Shown here piece after piece: positions 18,533 through 27,531 of a DNA stretch of 64,000 nucleotides. Numbering within the stretch: position 1 is the stretch's first letter; every line of letters begins with the position of its first letter. Source of the DNA: an uncultured Candidatus Saccharibacteria bacterium (GTDB lineage: Bacteria > Patescibacteriota > Minisyncoccia > Phycocordibacterales > DSPV01); contig CAYGFK010000002.1 of the NCBI GenBank assembly GCA_964349135.1, forward strand, positions 7,535 to 71,534, in the 5' to 3' direction. The position numbers and the translations under genes are program-made. Below the pieces are notes generated by a model. The model was not told where the DNA came from. It was given only the letters and a program-made list of their open reading frames with translations, and did no database searches.

Positions 18533-20005
18533 ATGCAGAGGAACGTACTCGTCATGTTCGTTATCAGTTTCGCACTTGGCGTATCTCTACGCTCTTTTAT
18601 CGAGGTTCCGTTTCCTGTGCTCCTTGTTTTTCTCATCGCTTCAGCGACCCTCTTAGGGTATGCGCATATACGTACCCTTAGAACCGCATGGCTCTGGCTC
18701 ATTCCTTTTTTGTCTGCCGCACTCATGCTTGGCATTGTGCGGTACGAGCTTGCGCTACCGGACCCTCTTGTACTTGATAGGTATACCGGTGAGGAAATAG
18801 TTTTTGAGGGGATTGTGGTTCGTGTCCCCGATAGGCGAGATAGTGCGTCGTATCTCACCGTTCGGGTTGATTATATTTTGGACGACGAAATACGACCTGT
18901 TTCCGAACTTGTGCGCGTGAGCGTTGATAGACTCGAACCTGTCCAATATGGCGACCGGATTAAGGTTGAAGGTTTTCTTGATAAGCCGGAACCTTTTGAG
19001 ACTGATGCGGGGCGCGTATTCGACTATCCTTCGTACCTTGCTAAAGATGGTATTTACCACGAGATGTATCGGCCTCATGTCGAGGTTATCGGAAGCGGGG
19101 AAGGTAATTTTGTTATTTCATTTCTGCTTTCGTTCAAGGCGTTATTCCTTGAGGTGATAGGAAAGGTAATACCGGAACCTGAAAGTTCGCTTCTCGGTGG
19201 GCTGTTACTTGGCGAGAAACATTCGCTTGGCGACGAAGCGACTGAATCGTTCCGTCGTTCAGGGCTCGTACATATCATTGTGCTCTCCGGTTATAACATG
19301 ACCATCGTCGCCTATGCGATTATGTGGTTATTCAGACGTCTTCCGAAAGGACTTAATTCGTCCCTTGGTGTTTTGGGCATACTTGGATTCACGGTTATGG
19401 CCGGCGCTTCAGCGACGGCGGTTCGTGCAGCACTTATGGCACTGCTCGTCATACTCGCGCTCGTTCTTAAACGTGATTATGATATTCGTCGTGCGCTTGC
19501 CCTTGCCGGATTTGCGATGATTGTCCACAATCCGAAGATACTTGTTTTCGACCCCTCCTTTCAACTCTCATTTCTTGCGACGCTTGGAATTATTTATCTT
19601 TCTCCCGTGTTCGCACGTGTCTTTAAATGGATACCTGGACGTTTTGGATTCCGTGAAATTGTCTCGGCGACACTCGCAACACAACTATTCGTTCTTCCTC
19701 GACTCATTGTGCTCTCAGGTTCCGTGTCATTGGTCGGGGTATTTTCGAATATCATCGTGCTCCCGTTCATTCCGGCGACCATGTTGTTTGGTGCCGCAAC
19801 CGGGGCTTTCGGTCTTGTGCACACTGCCCTCGCGCTTCCTTTTGGATATATAGCGTATGCGCTACTTCATTATGTGATGCTTATAGCAGAGGGTATCGGT
19901 AATGTGCCGTTCGCATCAGTCTTGATTCCGTTTTTCCCTGTGTGGTTCGCGGTGCTTCTCTATATTGGACTCGGATATACACTTATTCGCGCAAGGCGTG
20001 TTTGA
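18533..20005 (+). CDS. comEC: Competence protein ComEC/Rec2 (DUF4131 + competence channel domain; no MBL domain)
   Basis: About 10 TM helices and a ComEC core (…HIIVLSGYNMTIVAY…); 490 aa, lacking the usual C-terminal metallo-β-lactamase domain. Confidence 0.8.
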   Translation: MQRNVLVMFVISFALGVSLRSFIEVPFPVLLVFLIASATLLGYAHIRTLRTAWLWLIPFLSAALMLGIVRYELALPDPLVLDRYTGEEIVFEGIVVRVPDRRDSASYLTVRVDYILDDEIRPVSELVRVSVDRLEPVQYGDRIKVEGFLDKPEPFETDAGRVFDYPSYLAKDGIYHEMYRPHVEVIGSGEGNFVISFLLSFKALFLEVIGKVIPEPESSLLGGLLLGEKHSLGDEATESFRRSGLVHIIVLSGYNMTIVAYAIMWLFRRLPKGLNSSLGVLGILGFTVMAGASATAVRAALMALLVILALVLKRDYDIRRALALAGFAMIVHNPKILVFDPSFQLSFLATLGIIYLSPVFARVFKWIPGRFGFREIVSATLATQLFVLPRLIVLSGSVSLVGVFSNIIVLPFIPATMLFGAATGAFGLVHTALALPFGYIAYALLHYVMLIAEGIGNVPFASVLIPFFPVWFAVLLYIGLGYTLIRARRV

Positions 20006-20059
20006 CAGAGAAGCGTCTCGAGTTCACTATGAAAGGAGAACTTCTTTCCCACTTACCTT

Positions 20060-20383
20060 ATGCCTGCTTCTCTCTTTGATATACCTCAAATCCACGTGCA
20101 CTCATGGGGCATTCAACCCAGACCTGACATGCCTCAGGTAGAAAATTACACCTCTCCCTGTCTCCACATCTCCGCGTTCTGCGGCCCGGGAGGCGACCCT
20201 ACGCGGATAGGACGATGGCGGAACTCCGTTATCGGGTTTAAATCCCAGCTGATGGGCAAGGATATTGTCGGCGTCATGGTGTTCCAGTGTCCTGACTGCG
20301 AAGTACAATTCACGACACTGCTTCATGCAGGTGTCGCCGAGGTTTACATGCAAGCGTCCGCTTCTTGGCGACAGACGCTCTAA
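20060..20383 (+). CDS. Possible small Cys-containing protein (107 aa); may instead be noncoding
   Basis: ORF ends immediately before a strong terminator. Contains C-x7-C … CPDC. Weak support. Confidence 0.2.
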   Translation: MPASLFDIPQIHVHSWGIQPRPDMPQVENYTSPCLHISAFCGPGGDPTRIGRWRNSVIGFKSQLMGKDIVGVMVFQCPDCEVQFTTLLHAGVAEVYMQASASWRQTL

Positions 20384-20386
20384 GCA

Positions 20387-20417
20387 ACGCCCCCTCTTTG
20401 GAGGGGGCGTTTTTTTA
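20387..20417 (+). terminator. Intrinsic terminator (perfect 10-bp ACGCCCCCTC/GAGGGGGCGT + T7)
   Basis: Perfect hairpin followed by TTTTTTT on +. Confidence 0.8.
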
Positions 20418-21005
20418 TTTCACTACGCTTTCGTAATTTTTTTCTATCACGTTCCAATTTAGATTTATGAAGAAGTCCTCAACATACTGTTTTTTTCCGG
20501 AGGGCTGGTAATCGGCGACAAATGAGTGTTCCCACATGTCGAGCGCGAGAATAATGTTACAGGTAGCAAGCTGTCCGATATGTTGCTCATCCACCCACTG
20601 CGTCAGAAGTTTTTCTGTTGCGGAATCATAGTAGAGCATGGCCCAGCCGATGCCTCGTGTCAGGGCGACTGCTTTGAATCGCGCGAGGAATGCTTCGATT
20701 GAACCGAATGTGCCTGTGAGTGCTTTTGCAAGCGCTCCCCCTTCGGATAGTGGATGCGCGCCTCCTTCGAATCCTTTGAAATAGTATTCGTGGTTGCGCA
20801 TGCCACAGAATTCGAACGAGAATCGGCGTTGCAGTTCACCGAGCTCATAGGCATACTTCTCGCCGTTGTTCGCAAGCTCGGCGATATGGTCGAGGATGAG
20901 ATTTGAATGCTTCACGTAGCCGGCATAGAGTTTCAGGTGTTCCTCTAGCGTGTTCGATGATAGTCCTTTAAGCGGGGGAATAGTAAACGTCGTCTCTTTA
21001 AACAT
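20415..21005 (-). CDS. sod: Fe/Mn superoxide dismutase
   Basis: N- and C-terminal Fe/Mn-SOD domains; metal-ligand region …DMWEHSF…; 196 aa. Confidence 0.85.
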   Translation of the reverse strand: MFKETTFTIPPLKGLSSNTLEEHLKLYAGYVKHSNLILDHIAELANNGEKYAYELGELQRRFSFEFCGMRNHEYYFKGFEGGAHPLSEGGALAKALTGTFGSIEAFLARFKAVALTRGIGWAMLYYDSATEKLLTQWVDEQHIGQLATCNIILALDMWEHSFVADYQPSGKKQYVEDFFINLNWNVIEKNYESVVK

Positions 21006-21054
21006 GGTCTATAACATTAGTTGAGTATAACGCCAGTATAGCAAATTAGGGTCT

Positions 21055-21939
21055 TTGCGGTGTTACAATGCTTTGATGAAATCATGGAGAGAACGGTTGG
21101 CGTTCCTCATGCTCGTATCCGTGCTGGTCTTCGACCTGTTCATATGGTTTGTGCTTCTGCACGAAGACCGACGCGAAATACTTACCGTCGCGTTTCTCGA
21201 TGTCGGACAAGGAGACTCTGTTTTTATTGAGTCCCCCAACGGAATACAGCTTCTCATAGATGGAGGGTCGAATGCGTCTGTGTTGCGTGCTTTGTCGGAA
21301 GTGACGCCGTTCTATGACCGCTCAATAGATGTGCTACTTGCAACCCATGCAGACCAAGACCACATCGGCGGATTGTCAGACGTTCTCAGTCGCTTTGCGG
21401 TTGCCACAGTTATTCAAGGAGGAACGACATCCGACACATCGGCCTATCGAGCGTTTGAGCGGGGAACGGACAATGAGCGCGCTGATTCGCGAATCGTGCA
21501 TGCCGGGGACATGGTTATTCTTGATGAGGGGCGCAACATCGTGCTCGACATACTCTTTCCTGACCGTGACGCATCGGGATTTGAGACAAATACCGGTTCT
21601 ATCGTGGCGCGACTCTCCTACGGTGAGGTGTGCTTCATTTTCACTGGTGATTCGCCGATTGCGGTTGAGCGTTATCTCATTGACGTATATAGCGATTCGC
21701 TCAGGTGCGCTGTGCTCAAGGTCGGTCATCACGGCTCAAAGACATCGTCATCTCTTGAGTTTGTCACCGTTGTCTCTCCTAAGTATTCGGTTATCTCTGC
21801 GGGGAAGGATAATAAATACGGGCATCCGCATTCTGAAGTGCTCGACATATTTAACGATGCGCACGCAGAAGTTTTACGAACCGATGAGCTGGGAACGATA
21901 ACCTTTGAAACAGATGGAAGGCAACTTTGGGTGAAGTAA
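21055..21939 (+). CDS. Membrane-anchored ComEC-like metallo-β-lactamase domain protein
   Basis: N-terminal TM, then FLDVGQGDSVFIE…LLATHADQDHIGG…VGHHGSK. This is the MBL fold typical of the ComEC C-terminal domain. Confidence 0.75.
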   Translation: MRCYNALMKSWRERLAFLMLVSVLVFDLFIWFVLLHEDRREILTVAFLDVGQGDSVFIESPNGIQLLIDGGSNASVLRALSEVTPFYDRSIDVLLATHADQDHIGGLSDVLSRFAVATVIQGGTTSDTSAYRAFERGTDNERADSRIVHAGDMVILDEGRNIVLDILFPDRDASGFETNTGSIVARLSYGEVCFIFTGDSPIAVERYLIDVYSDSLRCAVLKVGHHGSKTSSSLEFVTVVSPKYSVISAGKDNKYGHPHSEVLDIFNDAHAEVLRTDELGTITFETDGRQLWVK

Positions 21940-22019
21940 CACTTTTCTACGTAGGATGGATTTTGAGAAGCAAAAAACGGCCTGAGCCGTTATCGAGTAG
22001 GTTCTATAAGTTTGGTGAT

Positions 22020-22262
22020 TTAAATCACGCCGGCTTTCTTGAGAGTTGCGTATGCACCTCTTTTCTGGATAGTCTTCAAACCGTTCGTTGAAATTTTAAT
22101 ATTTATGAATTTCTTAAGCTCAGGCACGTAGATGCGTTTTTTTTGCAAATTCGAATATTTCCTGACCATGCCGGTCGGATTGAATTGGGTTGCGCGAGTC
22201 CGGTTGGAGTATCCTCCGCCGACACGCGAGCCCTTTTTTGAAACTGGACAGATATATGCCAT
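22020..22262 (-). CDS. rpmB: 50S ribosomal protein L28
   Basis: MAYICPVSKKGSRVGGGYSNRTRATQFNPTG… L28 signature. Confidence 0.85.
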   Translation of the reverse strand: MAYICPVSKKGSRVGGGYSNRTRATQFNPTGMVRKYSNLQKKRIYVPELKKFINIKISTNGLKTIQKRGAYATLKKAGVI

Positions 22263-22440
22263 ATACTTGGTCTAACGATTCACTATGCTATCATACACAG
22301 GTAAATACGCAATCCCGTTAGAAGCTGCGGAACACGAACGTAAGATGTAATTTCAATAATGGATATGACTCATCACAGCCACATTACCAAGGGTAAGGTT
22401 TCTCGCAGAACCGGTTGGTTCGGTTCCTGCTTCTAACGGG

Positions 22441-23046
22441 ATGCAAGGAGTAGACATGCTTTTTTCAATAGTCGTCCTCATCATGTCCGTGGTTGTCCAC
22501 GAAGTGGCTCACGGCTATGTAGCAAGCTTACTCGGTGACCAGACAGCGCGGTATGCAGGCCGGTTGACCCTCAATCCGATAAAGCACTTGGACCCGATTG
22601 GCTCGGTTATCGTGCCACTCATTACCTCAATGGGCGGTTTTATATTCGGATGGGCGAAGCCTGTTCCGGTCAATCCCTACAACCTCCGCCCCCAGCGATG
22701 GGGTGAGTTCTGGGTTGCTGCAGCCGGCCCCCTCTCTAATATCGTGCTGGCTTTGGCATTTTCCGCCGTTATTCGGTTTGGAGGTAGCACGTTGCCTGAG
22801 TCGTTTGTGGCGATTTGCTCGTCCATAGTTCTCATCAATCTCGTTCTCGCTTTTTTCAACCTTGTGCCCATTCCGCCCCTCGACGGTTCCAAGGTTCTTT
22901 TCAGTCTTTTGCCGATACACCTAGGCAAAATAAGGGATTTTCTGGAACGATACTCTTTGTTCCTAGTCCTCATCTTTATTCTCTTTCTCTGGCGCCTTTT
23001 CCTACCACTTATTCTCTGGGTTTTTGTTCTTTTGATAGGGGGTTAG
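22441..23046 (+). CDS. Peptidase M50 family (site-2 protease-like) membrane metalloprotease
   Basis: HEVAH zinc motif in a TM helix; multi-pass membrane protein, 201 aa. Confidence 0.75.
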   Translation: MQGVDMLFSIVVLIMSVVVHEVAHGYVASLLGDQTARYAGRLTLNPIKHLDPIGSVIVPLITSMGGFIFGWAKPVPVNPYNLRPQRWGEFWVAAAGPLSNIVLALAFSAVIRFGGSTLPESFVAICSSIVLINLVLAFFNLVPIPPLDGSKVLFSLLPIHLGKIRDFLERYSLFLVLIFILFLWRLFLPLILWVFVLLIGG

Positions 23047-23130
23047 TGTTCAGGCGGGCGACACTTGCATTTTCTTTGCCTCCGTATTACAGTACCTGCT
23101 ATCTGCCACAGGCAGTTATTTTTTACAACG

Positions 23131-23544
23131 ATGGCTACCATCAATCAGCTCATAAAGAAGAGTCGAAAGTCGCTCAAGCGCAAGTCAAAATCTGTTGCGT
23201 TACGACGCAGTTTTAATGCGTTGAAAAATCGACCCCGTTTTTTCCCTTCGCCATTTAAGCGTGGTGTGTGCACCAAAGTAACCACAAAGACGCCAAAGAA
23301 ACCAAACTCGGCAGTTCGTAAGATTGCTCGCGTTCGTTTGACGAACGGCATGGAAGTGACCGCGTATATTCCGGGTATGGGGCATAATCTTCAGGAGCAC
23401 TCACTTGTACTTTTGCGCGGTGGTCGCGTGAAAGACGTTGGACTCCGCTATCAAATTGTCCGAGGCAAGCTTGATGCTGGCGGGGTTGAGGGACGCAAGA
23501 AGGGACGCAGTCAGTACGGTGCTAAGAAGGCGAAAGCCGTTTAA
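23131..23544 (+). CDS. rpsL: 30S ribosomal protein S12
   Basis: [10 protein letters not shown]…PKKPNSA…; start moved to the conserved Met, away from the longer upstream ORF. Confidence 0.9.
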   Translation: MATINQLIKKSRKSLKRKSKSVALRRSFNALKNRPRFFPSPFKRGVCTKVTTKTPKKPNSAVRKIARVRLTNGMEVTAYIPGMGHNLQEHSLVLLRGGRVKDVGLRYQIVRGKLDAGGVEGRKKGRSQYGAKKAKAV

Positions 23545-23552
23545 TCTACTAT

Positions 23553-24026
23553 ATGCGACGCAAACTTAAAGAGAGGGAGAAGCATAGCGTTACCGCCGAC
23601 CTCGTGCACCACACGCAAGAGGTTTCGAAATTCGTAAACTATCTCATGGAGAGTGGGAAAAAGAATACCGCCCGTCGCGTTGTGTATGCGGCGCTTGAGA
23701 CGGTGAAAGAAAAATCGAAGGCGTCCCCGCTTGAGATTCTCGATGCGGCACTACGTAACACCTCTCCGAATATGGAGGTACGCTCTCGTCGTGTTGGTGG
23801 TGCAAACTACCAAATTCCCGTTGAAGTTCGTCCGGCTCGCCGAATCGCGCTTTCTATGAAGTGGATTATCGATGCCGCTCGCTCGAAGAAGGGGAAACCG
23901 ATGCATGTGAAACTTGCCGAGGAAATTATCGCGGCGTCAAAAAACGAAGGAGAAGCTGTGCGCAAGCGCGAGAACGTACACAAGATGGCCGAAGCCAACA
24001 AGGCCTTCGCCCACTTCGCGTGGTAG
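23553..24026 (+). CDS. rpsG: 30S ribosomal protein S7
   Basis: S7 family sequence; str operon position. Confidence 0.9.
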   Translation: MRRKLKEREKHSVTADLVHHTQEVSKFVNYLMESGKKNTARRVVYAALETVKEKSKASPLEILDAALRNTSPNMEVRSRRVGGANYQIPVEVRPARRIALSMKWIIDAARSKKGKPMHVKLAEEIIAASKNEGEAVRKRENVHKMAEANKAFAHFAW

Positions 24027-24103
24027 GCACTTGTGTTTTGAGATTCTCTGCGATATTGTATGCGCACGCTTCGGCGCTTTTTTTGTTATAACATAACAAC
24101 ACC

Positions 24104-26278
24104 ATGAACAGAGATTACCCCTTAGACAGAACACGCAACTTCGGCATCATTGCGCACATCGATGCAGGTAAAACAACCACATCGGAGCGCATTCTTTTCT
24201 ATACCGGCTCATCGCACAAGATTGGCGAGGTGCATGAAGGAGAGACGGTTACTGACTGGATGGAACAGGAACGTGAACGGGGTATCACTATTACCGCCGC
24301 CGCTATCACGTGTTTCTGGACGCCGACGTATGCTCGAGTTGGCGAAGGTGGTATTGTTGGCGCTTCGAGTAAAGATGACTCACAGAAACATCGTTTCAAT
24401 ATTATAGATACCCCGGGGCACATCGATTTTACGGCCGAAGTGAAGCGCTCAATGCGTGTGCTCGACGGCGCCATTGTCGTCTTCGACGGTGTTGCCGGTG
24501 TTGAACCCCAGTCCGAAACCAACTGGCGGTACGCTGAAGAAGGTCTCGTTCCGCGCGTTTGCTTCATCAACAAACTCGACCGTATGGGCGCGTCATTTGA
24601 AAAATCGTACGCTTCAATTCTCGACAGACTTTCAAAGAGCGCGGTGCGGTTCCAGATTCCGATGGGGCTTGAGGAAGACTATAGAGGCGTTATCGACCTT
24701 CTCAAGATGAAAGCATTTACGTTCGATGGGAAAATGGGAGAGATTGTGAAGATGGAAGAAATTCCTGCGGAGTTTTTGGAAGAAGCGAAGAAGTATCACA
24801 ATGAACTTGTTGAGAAAGTGGTCGAACACGATGAGGTGCTTATGAATGAGTACTTGGAAGGGAAAGAAATTTCAGTTGAAGCGCTTGTAAAGGCGACTCG
24901 TAAAGGAGTAATTGCAAATAAACTCTTTCCGGTTTTTTGTGGTTCAGCCCTTAAGAATAAGGGTGTCCAGCCAGTACTCGATGCTGTCGTCGATTATCTG
25001 CCGTCTCCGCTCGATGTCCCTGATATCCACGGAATTCATCCGGTAAGTGGCGAGACAATTTATCGCAAGGCGTCTGATTCGGAACCATTTTCAGCACTCG
25101 TCTTTAAATTACAAACCGACCCATTCGTTGGCCAGCTCTCTTTCTTCCGTGTCTACTCAGGAACGGTAGAGGCGGGAAGCTATATTTATAATTCCACGAC
25201 GAGACAGAAAGAGCGCCTCTCTCGAATCGTTCGTCTGCAAGCTGATAAGCGAGAGGAGGTGAAGAAAGTCTTTGCCGGTGAAATTGCCGCAGCGGTTGGT
25301 CTCAAGGATTCAAAGACTTCGCACACGCTCTGCGATGAGAAGCATCCGATTATTCTTGACCCTATCCAATTTGCCGAGCCGGTTATCTCACTTCGCGTTG
25401 AGCCGAAAACAAAACAAGACCAGGAAAAAATGGGCTTTGCGCTCAAACGTCTCTCCGATGAGGACCCGACCTTTAAGATTACGTCAGATTCGGAAACTGG
25501 TGAGACGGTTATGTGGGGCATGGGAGAGCTTCAGCTTGAAATTATGGTTGACCGTATGAAGCGAGAGTTCAAGGTAGAAGCAAATGTTGGTAAGCCACAA
25601 GTTGCCTACCGTGAGACCGTCACGGGGACCGCTGATGCGGAACATAAATACATCAAGCAGTCCGGCGGTCGTGGTCAGTATGGTCACGTAAAACTTTCAA
25701 TTCGTCCGATGAAGCCTCTTGTGGAGGGAGCGAAGATACCGAAGAACGTAACACGTGAAGACCATTTCGAATTCATCGACTCCATTAAAGGAGGTGTGAT
25801 TCCGCAAGAGTTTATTCCTGCGGTTGAAAAGGGAGTTCGTGAAGCAATGGACCGTGGTATTGTCGCAGGCTATAAACTGGTAGATATTTCTACCGAGCTA
25901 ACATTCGGTTCTTACCACGACGTCGACTCATCGGAAATTGCCTACAAGATTGCGGCAGTACAAGCATTTCAAGATGCAGCAATGCGAGCAAGGCCCGTGT
26001 TGCTTGAACCGGTTATGAAGGTTGAAGTTGTTGTTCCTGAAAAATTCATGGGTGATGTGACGGGGGACTTGAGTTCGCGACGAGGACAGATTGAGGGTAT
26101 GGATGAGCGCGGTATGAATAAAGTCGTCAATGCAACGGTTCCGCTTGCTGAAATGTTCGGCTATATCACCAACCTTCGTTCAATGACTGAAGGCCGTGGT
26201 AGCTTTAACATGGAATTTGAACGGTACGAGATTGTGCCGGGAAATGTGGCGCAGACCATAATTGAAGCCAGGAAATAG
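24104..26278 (+). CDS. fusA: Elongation factor G
   Basis: AHIDAGKTTT G1 motif, DTPGHIDF; 724 aa. Confidence 0.95.
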   Translation: MNRDYPLDRTRNFGIIAHIDAGKTTTSERILFYTGSSHKIGEVHEGETVTDWMEQERERGITITAAAITCFWTPTYARVGEGGIVGASSKDDSQKHRFNIIDTPGHIDFTAEVKRSMRVLDGAIVVFDGVAGVEPQSETNWRYAEEGLVPRVCFINKLDRMGASFEKSYASILDRLSKSAVRFQIPMGLEEDYRGVIDLLKMKAFTFDGKMGEIVKMEEIPAEFLEEAKKYHNELVEKVVEHDEVLMNEYLEGKEISVEALVKATRKGVIANKLFPVFCGSALKNKGVQPVLDAVVDYLPSPLDVPDIHGIHPVSGETIYRKASDSEPFSALVFKLQTDPFVGQLSFFRVYSGTVEAGSYIYNSTTRQKERLSRIVRLQADKREEVKKVFAGEIAAAVGLKDSKTSHTLCDEKHPIILDPIQFAEPVISLRVEPKTKQDQEKMGFALKRLSDEDPTFKITSDSETGETVMWGMGELQLEIMVDRMKREFKVEANVGKPQVAYRETVTGTADAEHKYIKQSGGRGQYGHVKLSIRPMKPLVEGAKIPKNVTREDHFEFIDSIKGGVIPQEFIPAVEKGVREAMDRGIVAGYKLVDISTELTFGSYHDVDSSEIAYKIAAVQAFQDAAMRARPVLLEPVMKVEVVVPEKFMGDVTGDLSSRRGQIEGMDERGMNKVVNATVPLAEMFGYITNLRSMTEGRGSFNMEFERYEIVPGNVAQTIIEARK

Positions 26279-26284
26279 GAAAAA

Positions 26285-26317
26285 GCCCCCGTCCGCTTCA
26301 GCGAACGGGGGCTTTTT
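26285..26317 (+). terminator. Intrinsic terminator after fusA
   Basis: GCCCCCGTCCGC/GCGAACGGGGGC hairpin + T5. Confidence 0.75.
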
Positions 26318-26335
26318 AATTAAGAATCGACAATG

Positions 26336-26364
26336 TTATCCACAATGAAAGCTTCTGTGGATAA
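26336..26364. promoter_or_regulatory. Palindromic pair of consensus DnaA boxes (TTATCCACA … TGTGGATAA)
   Basis: Two perfect 9-mers in inverted orientation 11 bp apart, abutting a -35 element. Confidence 0.5.
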
Positions 26365-26369
26365 CTCAG

Positions 26370-26397
26370 TTGTCGGGATTCTTTGAGAGGGTATAAT
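26370..26397 (+). promoter_or_regulatory. Sigma70-like promoter (TTGTCG-16-TATAAT)
   Basis: Near-consensus -35/-10 just downstream of the DnaA boxes. About 70 nt downstream there is a hairpin + T6 at 26441-26474. Confidence 0.45.
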
Positions 26398-26538
26398 TAT
26401 CAGTGCAGGAGAACCGCCTGCGACTTCTCAGAATAAAAGTCCGATTGGGCCCAAAGTGCCCGTCGGGTTTTTTGTTTCTGTTGGAGTCTCGTCACCTCTA
26501 ACGAAATCCTTTATCAGTTATCAATTAATTTAAAAACA

Positions 26539-27531
26539 ATGTCTCTTTTTGACAAAGAAGTCAGTACCGAAATCGATGAAATGGGAGATGCGCTTTCAAA
26601 AAGCGCTCGAGACCTTTTCAACGGTCTTAATGAGGAGATACATCCTCGCCACATGGAAGAGGCGAGCATATCGGCTGTTTCGGTTTTGATGCTCATGTTC
26701 ATGCTTTCGCTTGCAGTGCCTTATGTCGATAAAAGTTCGACACCGGCAGCGCTTGCGATGTCATCGACTGAGACGTCGGTGAAGGCCATTTCAGCAAGTG
26801 CGCTCACCGAAGAGCAGATTACGTCGATACTCGGATTGCTCAAATCGTTCAATGCCGATGATGCGCTCGTCAATAACGTCAATGCGGCACTGCGAGGTCA
26901 TAAGCCCGCAGCCGTTGCTGCCGTACGATTTTGTCATGCGTTTGCCCGAGACCTTCGGGTCGGCGATAGTGGGGAAGATGTCTCTGCGCTACAAAAAGCG
27001 TTGCGCGAGGGAGGATTCCCAACTTCTGAATCAGGTGATTTCGATGAACCTACCGCATCTGCTGTAGTGCAATTCCAAGAAAAATATAAAGACGAAGTCC
27101 TCACTCCGCATCAGCTAAGTCGGGGTACAGGGTATGTCGGGTCTGCTACCCGCTCAAAACTCAACCTACTCTATCGATGTCAGAGTTCACTTGAAGGCAC
27201 ATCGACGAGTGGTAAACCTTCGACTAGCACCACGACTACTGGTGAGGCCACCAATCGTCCGATTGTGACTGAACAGGTGAAGTGTGTATTCCATGGAGCG
27301 ACGACCGAACAGAAATGTGTTGGACGTTCAGAACGGCTCGATGCCACCTTTTCATGTAGTGGCGTGGGACGTTGCGTTGCTGAAGTAAAAGGGTATTCAG
27401 GTACGGTGTTGCTGTGGCAGAGTTCATGTAACAGCAATCGGTCATACACGACACTCGACGGGCGAAGCGATTATGCAGAGTTCCGTTGCGCGTCTGACCT
27501 TCCGACAACCACAACTGTCGACGGCTCATAA
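26539..27531 (+). CDS. Membrane/secreted protein with putative peptidoglycan-binding domain and Cys-rich C-terminus
   Basis: TM/signal segment (VSVLMLMFMLSLAV). PG_binding_1-like stretch (GDSGEDVSALQKALREGGF…ASAVVQFQEKY). C-terminal 8 Cys. Confidence 0.55.
   Translation: MSLFDKEVSTEIDEMGDALSKSARDLFNGLNEEIHPRHMEEASISAVSVLMLMFMLSLAVPYVDKSSTPAALAMSSTETSVKAISASALTEEQITSILGLLKSFNADDALVNNVNAALRGHKPAAVAAVRFCHAFARDLRVGDSGEDVSALQKALREGGFPTSESGDFDEPTASAVVQFQEKYKDEVLTPHQLSRGTGYVGSATRSKLNLLYRCQSSLEGTSTSGKPSTSTTTTGEATNRPIVTEQVKCVFHGATTEQKCVGRSERLDATFSCSGVGRCVAEVKGYSGTVLLWQSSCNSNRSYTTLDGRSDYAEFRCASDLPTTTTVDGS

Noticed and set aside
18181-18858. Full-length 225-aa minus-strand ORF
   Set aside because: Its 5' two-thirds is antisense to the comEC N-terminus. 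Only the distal 105 aa (from the internal Met at 18495) is kept as a low-confidence small membrane protein.
20102-20353. 83-aa minus-strand ORF between comEC and sod
   Set aside because: Overlaps and is antisense to the slightly better-supported + strand ORF, which ends at a terminator; no supporting signals.
23065-23130. N-terminal 22-aa extension of the rpsL ORF ([22 protein letters not shown])
   Set aside because: S12 conserved N-terminus begins at MATINQL; the upstream residues are promoter and leader sequence read in frame.
26336-26364. Replication origin (oriC) call for the DnaA-box pair
   Set aside because: Only two boxes, no AT-rich unwinding element recognised, and no dnaA or dnaN nearby; kept as a regulatory site instead.
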